From the NCBI RefSeq assembly GCF_007752135.1, contig NZ_CP036298.1, positions 5,516,859 to 5,580,858 of the forward strand: a stretch of DNA of 64,000 nt, read 5' to 3'. Below are positions 58,964 to 64,000 of this stretch, piece after piece (position 1 is the first letter of the stretch; the number at the start of each line of letters is the position of its first letter). The notes beneath the pieces are model-generated. The model worked only from the letters and a program-made list of their open reading frames with translations, was not told the origin of the DNA and did no database searches. The position numbers and the translations under genes are program-made. The stretch is from Aureliella helgolandensis. Its GTDB lineage: Bacteria > Planctomycetota > Planctomycetia > Pirellulales > Pirellulaceae.

Positions 58964-59440
58964 TTACTTTGCAGCGAGCAAGTCAAGAATCATCATAAAG
59001 CCGAAAAATAGTATCGGTGAAATGACGCTCGCGATCAAGCCCGTTGTAGTTGCTCGACGCCACCGCAACGCAGTTTTCGGAACCAGAAAGCGAGCTATCA
59101 AGAACAAAATGGTACTTATTGGAAAAAGCCAGAATAGCAACCAAGCTATCGTTACGAGAAATTTCTGCACGAACCCCACTCGGATTCGGAATTCTTTTGT
59201 TATCGCGTCGGCCGACAAAAGTTGTAACTCGTCAACACCGGCTTGTGTCGTAAATATTGTCCCACAACCCGGGCATTTAACGACGGTCTCCTGTGTTACC
59301 CATACTGGAATAAGACCGTAAAGCTTGTCCACAGTCCTCACGCGCAAAGCATCGGTCTGATTTGTCGATTGACAATGCGAACATTGAAGCGCTATCTCTG
59401 CGGTGTCGATCACCTCGCGACTCTGAACGATTGATACCAT
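58964..59440 (-). CDS. Hypothetical membrane protein with N-terminal zinc-ribbon-like CxxC...CxxC.
   Basis: CSHCQ...CPGCG then two TM helices. Confidence 0.3.
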   Translation of the reverse strand: MVSIVQSREVIDTAEIALQCSHCQSTNQTDALRVRTVDKLYGLIPVWVTQETVVKCPGCGTIFTTQAGVDELQLLSADAITKEFRIRVGFVQKFLVTIAWLLFWLFPISTILFLIARFLVPKTALRWRRATTTGLIASVISPILFFGFMMILDLLAAK

Positions 59441-59578
59441 GGGAGGGTGTAGTCCGATCGGGGATTTTCAACGATTTCAAAGCAGAACGTTTGGCATAAC
59501 CGGGCCGCCGCAGTTGATGCTCCATTTGAAAACGCGCGATCGGCGACTCCGCGTTCATGCCATGGTTACGCCGTTGTC

Positions 59579-60079
59579 TCAATTGGCTGACCAACGAGGT
59601 TGATCGGTAAGTTTCCAAGTATACCCAACGAACAAGATCAAGTGCGCCCGCCCACCGTATCCCACGGTATCCGTCATCCATGCGTAGTCGAACACGCAAA
59701 CGAGCGGACATGGGACGGAAGGTTGCCCGACATAGCACCAGGGCGAATTGAGTTGTTCGGGGCGGTTGAGCGCAACTGGGTCAATTGAGAGTTGTCGCAC
59801 CGCTCCTTCGGATTCCGAAAGCGATGTGGTCATTCGTGTGAGCGTGGCTTCAGAGACATTTCGAGAATGAGCGAATGTGGTTGCCCATACGAGTGCGTAA
59901 CCAAACGCGCAAGCGATTGCTGTCGTCCTGCGATTCTCGAGCAAACGATAGCACGATGCAATGACAGAAAGATTGATTAACGCGTAGACCAGCCCAAAGA
60001 ATCCAGCGGAAGCTACGGCCGCGAGCACAGCCGCGATGCAAAACGTCGAAAGGAGAAGCGTTCGCAGGGTGATGCTCAT
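59579..60079 (-). CDS. Hypothetical membrane protein.
   Basis: Three TM helices. Confidence 0.3.
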   Translation of the reverse strand: MSITLRTLLLSTFCIAAVLAAVASAGFFGLVYALINLSVIASCYRLLENRRTTAIACAFGYALVWATTFAHSRNVSEATLTRMTTSLSESEGAVRQLSIDPVALNRPEQLNSPWCYVGQPSVPCPLVCVFDYAWMTDTVGYGGRAHLILFVGYTWKLTDQPRWSAN

Positions 60080-60378
60080 TTTCGCGTTTCAATTGAGTGC
60101 ATTCACGAAGGCGTAACGGTCGGATTAACGCGGTTCCGTCACATGACATTGAACCGCAAAGTGTACGAGCCAACGGAAAAAGTGTACGAGCCAACGGAAC
60201 TCGCGTTCAATCCTTGGTTCGTCAGGCTTTCTGGTAGCGGCGAGCTTGCACCGAAGGAAGTGATGTTCCAAGTGAGTTTATCAGCTATCGAAGTTCACGG
60301 CAACAGATTTGTAAACGCATAGTAGCACCGACTTGCTCGATCATGTCCATGGCATGCCTTCGTTTTGATACGTTGAAG

Positions 60379-60687
60379 TTATCGAGTCGCCATCGTATAC
60401 AACATATGTAATAGCACGAACGCCCAAAATAGACCCACGGTCAATCCGCAATATCCCCACAGCCGAAGAACGAACGCAACGGACCGATTGTTTTCTATTT
60501 CCAATTGCGTTCCATTCTGCTTGCAAGTGAAGATCGCTGTGAACATCACCAACAACGGCATCACAAACGCCAGTCCGTGCAGAACTACGAAACAAAAGTA
60601 GGGTCCGCTATATGGGATCATCGCAATCGCGAAAACGAAGCCCACAAAAGTGGTCAACTCGAGCACAGCTTGCACAGAAAATCGCAT
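60379..60687 (-). CDS. Hypothetical membrane protein.
   Basis: Three TM helices. Confidence 0.3.
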   Translation of the reverse strand: MRFSVQAVLELTTFVGFVFAIAMIPYSGPYFCFVVLHGLAFVMPLLVMFTAIFTCKQNGTQLEIENNRSVAFVLRLWGYCGLTVGLFWAFVLLHMLYTMATR

Positions 60688-60886
60688 GTTGCCTTCGATG
60701 AGCTGTTCCTGCCTGACGAACGACTAAGTTCACCGGGCACGCGGCCCAATGCGAGAAAACGTTGAACAACAAACAAGCGTAAACGAAGGTGAAGACGTTG
60801 AAAAGCCGAAAGACGAGCGTGCTCCGGCGCCACGCCTTGTTATCCGACAATTTCGATTTAGTTTGGCGCTACGCCATCATCGAAAA

Positions 60887-61435
60887 TTATTCGGGGCGGA
60901 TCCTGATCAAACCAACAGTTGCTGCGCGCTCATCCGTTGCCAACGAATCAATCAACGAGGAACCAACCCAAGAATTTAGGTTTTCTACGCTTTCGGCGCA
61001 TTTAAGTCTTGCGACATGAACGTCAACACTTGGATCAGTGTTGATCCAAAAGCTGATGCAGCCCAAGTCTGGATGCGATTCAACCGACACGGCACGATTA
61101 TTGCCAATTAATGTTCGATAGAATTTCGAAAGCTCGGATTCCCATCTACGGAAGATTGGGAAATCGAGCGTTGAAGCAAAGACAATCGCATTTGTCGCTT
61201 CGGCCCATTCATATTCCAACGGCCTAACATCAAACGCATCTTGCGGCAAGTATTTCTTGATCTCGCTTGTCGCAGCGTATTTCATGGGTCTAGTCGGATA
61301 ACGCCACGCGTCACCCGGTACGCGCGAGAGATTTACAGATGCAAGACCGCCCGACTCGCGTACTCGGGTGCACGCGCTTGCTACACGCCATTTGGTACAG
61401 TGTTTCGGTTGGCGAACAAGACTGACAGTATACAC
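60887..61435 (-). CDS. Hypothetical protein, copy 2 of 40368-40832, carrying an in-frame 84-bp insertion.
   Basis: Identical to copy 1 except for a 28-aa insertion (VASACTRVRESGGLASVNLSRVPGDAWR). Confidence 0.35.
   Translation of the reverse strand: MYTVSLVRQPKHCTKWRVASACTRVRESGGLASVNLSRVPGDAWRYPTRPMKYAATSEIKKYLPQDAFDVRPLEYEWAEATNAIVFASTLDFPIFRRWESELSKFYRTLIGNNRAVSVESHPDLGCISFWINTDPSVDVHVARLKCAESVENLNSWVGSSLIDSLATDERAATVGLIRIRPE
61301..61384. mobile_element. 78-bp MITE-like insertion with about 22-bp terminal inverted repeats and a 6-bp target-site duplication (ACGCCA), in frame inside gene 60887-61435.
   Basis: Absent from the otherwise identical copy at 40780-40800. TIRs CGCGTCACCCGGTACGCGCGAG / CTCGCGTACTCGGGTGCACGCG; direct repeat ACGCCA on both sides. 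Confidence 0.55.
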
Positions 61436-61887
61436 AGTATGATGACACCAAGCGGGCCAAGCAACAGTCCAATCGTGTACGACACACTAAGTGCCGTGAA
61501 AATACGACGTCGCTTGTGTTTTATGGATCTACCGGACTTGTAGCCCAGCGCCACGTTCGCGCCTGCAAATATGACTGCGATTGCAACGAATACCGGACCC
61601 GTTGAGAGCCAGTTCGGCACGGCAAGCGATCCAGCGATGAGCGTGCAGACGGTGATAAGCGTCCATCGACGCATTTGGTCAAGGCTGGACGTCCAAACGA
61701 CGCCAGCGAGAAAGCACGGAAGTGCAAAGGCTATCGCCAGAATGTTTGAGAAGATGTCCGCCGGTGTTGCAAGCATGGCGCCAAGTATTGCGGTAGGCAA
61801 CCAGACCCAAATGTAAAGCAATCGATTCGTTTGGGTCGGCGATTTAGTGGCGTATTCATTGCGTGGCGGTGCATACGGGTTCGTCAA
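61381..61887 (-). CDS. Hypothetical polytopic membrane protein (copy 2 of 40763-41284).
   Basis: Near-identical paralogue. Confidence 0.35.
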   Translation of the reverse strand: MTNPYAPPRNEYATKSPTQTNRLLYIWVWLPTAILGAMLATPADIFSNILAIAFALPCFLAGVVWTSSLDQMRRWTLITVCTLIAGSLAVPNWLSTGPVFVAIAVIFAGANVALGYKSGRSIKHKRRRIFTALSVSYTIGLLLGPLGVIILCILSVLFANRNTVPNGV

Positions 61888-62027
61888 TCGATTACGGTCT
61901 CTTCAGTCGGGTAACGGCGGCGATAACCGAGTCGCGGGAGTTGATTGTCCATTGCGAAATCGCCCGGCTCCGCGACTTCGGTTGATCGCTTGGTTCGTCC
62001 GTTGCCTTTCTGGCAATCCGCTATGCA

Positions 62028-63629
62028 TTAATGTTTGACTGACAGCATGTCGGGCTCATATGTCGTTTCCGGACCAAGTTGAATGTTGACGTCGTTGTCG
62101 ACAAACTTCGGCTTGAACCTACCCAAATACCAGAATCGCATTCCATCAGGATCTGGCTTGTAAAGCTTGATCCAGTCGGTACCCGCAGGGAATTCGAGCG
62201 TGAAGGAACCAGCGTCGGAAGTGGTGGTTTTGGGCGAATTGCCATCGTTAGCCGATACGATGATTCCTGATGCGTCTTTGCCTCTAGATAGTGTTACGCG
62301 ACCGTTAAGCACTTGCGTGCCGTTCTGTTGCGTATCCCCACTTCCATTTTCGATGGCAGTTATTGGAAGCACGAAATCGTCGATCGATTTTTCGATAAAC
62401 AGCTTAATTGACTTCTCCGTCCACAATAGCGTATCAATCTTGCCAGCATCCAAATCGAATCGATTAGACGCAATTCGTATTTCATAGACCTCAGGCGGGA
62501 GGCCTTCGATACGAAAGGAGCCATCGCTTGAAACTGGCACTCTAATCAGATCCCAAGCAGGGGCCCGCCCGAGAGAAAGGACTAAATCCCCAAGCGACTG
62601 TTGATCGCTCGTCTCCAGTCGGCCGCTAAGCGAAACCGGGGCAACTGTGGTCAAGTCGCCGATGTGCAGTGTCCTGCCATTCGGCGGCGTAACGAACTTT
62701 TGAGTCATGATAATTTCATCGGAGTCTGATCGGTCCCCTTCGCCAACAACGGTATAGACGCAGTACTCTTGTTCTGCAAATAGATTTTTGAATTCGAATC
62801 TTCCTTCAGTGTCGGCAGTCATTGGTACTGCTGTCCGAAAAAGCTTTTCGCCTTTGTAAGAATGGTCAATCTGCGCCACGAAGACGGTCATTCCCTGAAC
62901 GGCCTGACCGTTGCTTGTGACGCGCCCGGTAATGTGAGCGCCTTCCAAAAGTTCGAAAGATTTTCGATCCGAGTCGGAATTGAGATCGATGAATCTCCTG
63001 CTCGACAATCCCTCCGCTGATATCTCTACATCGACGCCAAACACACCATCGACGAGGTCAATCTCGAAGTATCCATTCACGTCGGTTATGGCCGGACCGC
63101 CCCCTTTCGAAGAGGATGATCGAAGACCTTGCTTGTCAATCGTGTTTGCAGGAGTCACAAGAGCACCCTGGATAGGAATTCCAGTTTCATTCTCGACCGT
63201 TCCAGAAACGACTCGTTGAGGGTCCACGGTGGCGGGCCGTTCTCGCAGAGTCAAATCGTGATTTGTTCCTCGGGGTGCAATGAGTTCCGTTTGTGCGGTC
63301 TTGTACCCAGCGGCTGAAACGACGATCCGAAACTCAAGCCTAGGATCAAGATCAGCGATTTTGAATTGTCCTGCCTCGTTGGTCGTCGTCCACTTTTGGC
63401 AATCCAGATAACAACTTGGGCAAAAGATTGCTGGCCCCGATATTGGGGCGGCCGTGGAGATGTCGACTCGGGCGTTAGGGATCGGCTCTCCTTTTTCGTT
63501 CGATACAGTGCCTTGAATCACATTCAGGACATTTCCCTGGCCTAACGCGGTGCAAGAGCAAAATGCGGTCATCAGGCATGCTAAGGCCAAACGGGCAGAC
63601 CAGACTTTCGACAAGGCTAAATCGGGCAT
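62028..63629 (-). CDS. Secreted protein with tandem carboxypeptidase-regulatory/Ig-like beta-sandwich domains.
   Basis: Signal peptide MPDLALSKVWSARLALACLMTAFCSCTALGQ; repeated GxVxxxxGxPIxxAxV-type CarboPepD_reg-like segments. Confidence 0.55.
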   Translation of the reverse strand: MPDLALSKVWSARLALACLMTAFCSCTALGQGNVLNVIQGTVSNEKGEPIPNARVDISTAAPISGPAIFCPSCYLDCQKWTTTNEAGQFKIADLDPRLEFRIVVSAAGYKTAQTELIAPRGTNHDLTLRERPATVDPQRVVSGTVENETGIPIQGALVTPANTIDKQGLRSSSSKGGGPAITDVNGYFEIDLVDGVFGVDVEISAEGLSSRRFIDLNSDSDRKSFELLEGAHITGRVTSNGQAVQGMTVFVAQIDHSYKGEKLFRTAVPMTADTEGRFEFKNLFAEQEYCVYTVVGEGDRSDSDEIIMTQKFVTPPNGRTLHIGDLTTVAPVSLSGRLETSDQQSLGDLVLSLGRAPAWDLIRVPVSSDGSFRIEGLPPEVYEIRIASNRFDLDAGKIDTLLWTEKSIKLFIEKSIDDFVLPITAIENGSGDTQQNGTQVLNGRVTLSRGKDASGIIVSANDGNSPKTTTSDAGSFTLEFPAGTDWIKLYKPDPDGMRFWYLGRFKPKFVDNDVNIQLGPETTYEPDMLSVKH

Positions 63630-63895
63630 TGCAATGAGGCTTTGAATTCAAGGCGGAACGCGCGTTTGCGTGCGACGCTGATCATCTACGGACGAACGGC
63701 GGCGGTAACGGGGCCGCCGCCAATAAACTTTGATTTCAAAATTCGCGTCATCGGCGGCTCCCGTTCACCGATGTCGATGAAAGAGTTGTATTTGAAAAAA
63801 CGGTTCTCCGAGACAGTGGGAGCCGAGCAATCGTCTCTCGCTTACGCGAGAATTGACACTCAAATTAAACTACGTCCCTCTCGGAGAACCTCGCC

Positions 63896-64000
63896 ATGTT
63901 ATACCTGGGAATTGACCAGCACGCAAAGCAACTTACTGTTTCCCTGCGAAATGAGGCCGGAGACATTATCCTCCGTCGGCAGGTCTCGACGGAACCCGAA
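63896..64000 (+). CDS. N-terminal part (runs off the window) of an IS110-family (DEDD) transposase-like protein.
   Basis: MLYLGIDQHAKQLTVSLRNEAGDIIL resembles IS110 Tnp N-termini (xxGIDVSKxxL). Perfect 12-bp inverted repeat GGTTCTCCGAGA/TCTCGGAGAACC just upstream (63803-63889). Confidence 0.45.
   Translation, partial: MLYLGIDQHAKQLTVSLRNEAGDIILRRQVSTEPE

Noticed and set aside
1-64000. CRISPR arrays
   Set aside because: No regularly spaced short direct repeats with unique spacers were seen; the regular periodicity at 33-38 kb is due to tRNA genes, not CRISPR repeats.

Overview
This is a 64 kb accessory, repeat-rich chromosomal window of roughly 52% GC. The gene content (ECF sigma/anti-sigma pair, large secreted thioredoxin-fusion proteins) suggests a planctomycete-like genome, but that is a weak inference. 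All coordinates are hand-derived without tools and should be taken as ±1-5 nt.

1. Positions 1-4560 (minus strand): an array of four orphan RHS/YD-repeat C-terminal toxin cassettes, each ending in the RHS core motif DPIGY...DPxGL, interleaved with candidate immunity genes. One cassette has no start codon.

2. Positions 4.7-23.3 kb: an integrative-element-like island. It holds a C-terminal terminase GpA fragment, DUF2924, two large serine recombinases, two tandem ParB-like genes, regulators, an HTH-AAA+ ATPase-S8 subtilase operon (ietAS-like defence candidate), an IS256 remnant, an LRR membrane protein, and two type II toxin-antitoxin pairs (DUF1778/GNAT and VapBC).

3. Positions 23.4-33 kb: tuf, an ECF sigma/anti-sigma pair, a Ro60 (Rsr, TROVE+vWA) homologue, a methyltransferase and an SPFH protein.

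4. Positions 33.0-38.05 kb (minus strand): an array of about 40 tRNA or tRNA-like units flanked by two HNH endonuclease genes. Of the 34 listed as features, 29 have at least an acceptor-T-anticodon assignment, several with imperfect acceptor or D-arm pairing (confidence 0.35-0.65). Three class I (short variable arm) tRNAs carry Leu-type anticodons UAA, CAA and UAG. Other units are tRNA-like fragments sharing a recurrent motif that also occurs upstream of rsr, which makes it a Y-RNA candidate.

5. Positions 38-64 kb: mobile and repeat DNA with housekeeping-like genes in between. It contains two IS481-like copies (one frameshifted, one disrupting a gene copy), one intact group II intron plus two degenerate copies, large segmental duplications, an 84-bp in-frame MITE-like insertion, and the start of an IS110-like transposase. 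Between them lie secreted thioredoxin-fusion proteins, a beta-lactamase-fold hydrolase and a HEAT-repeat protein.
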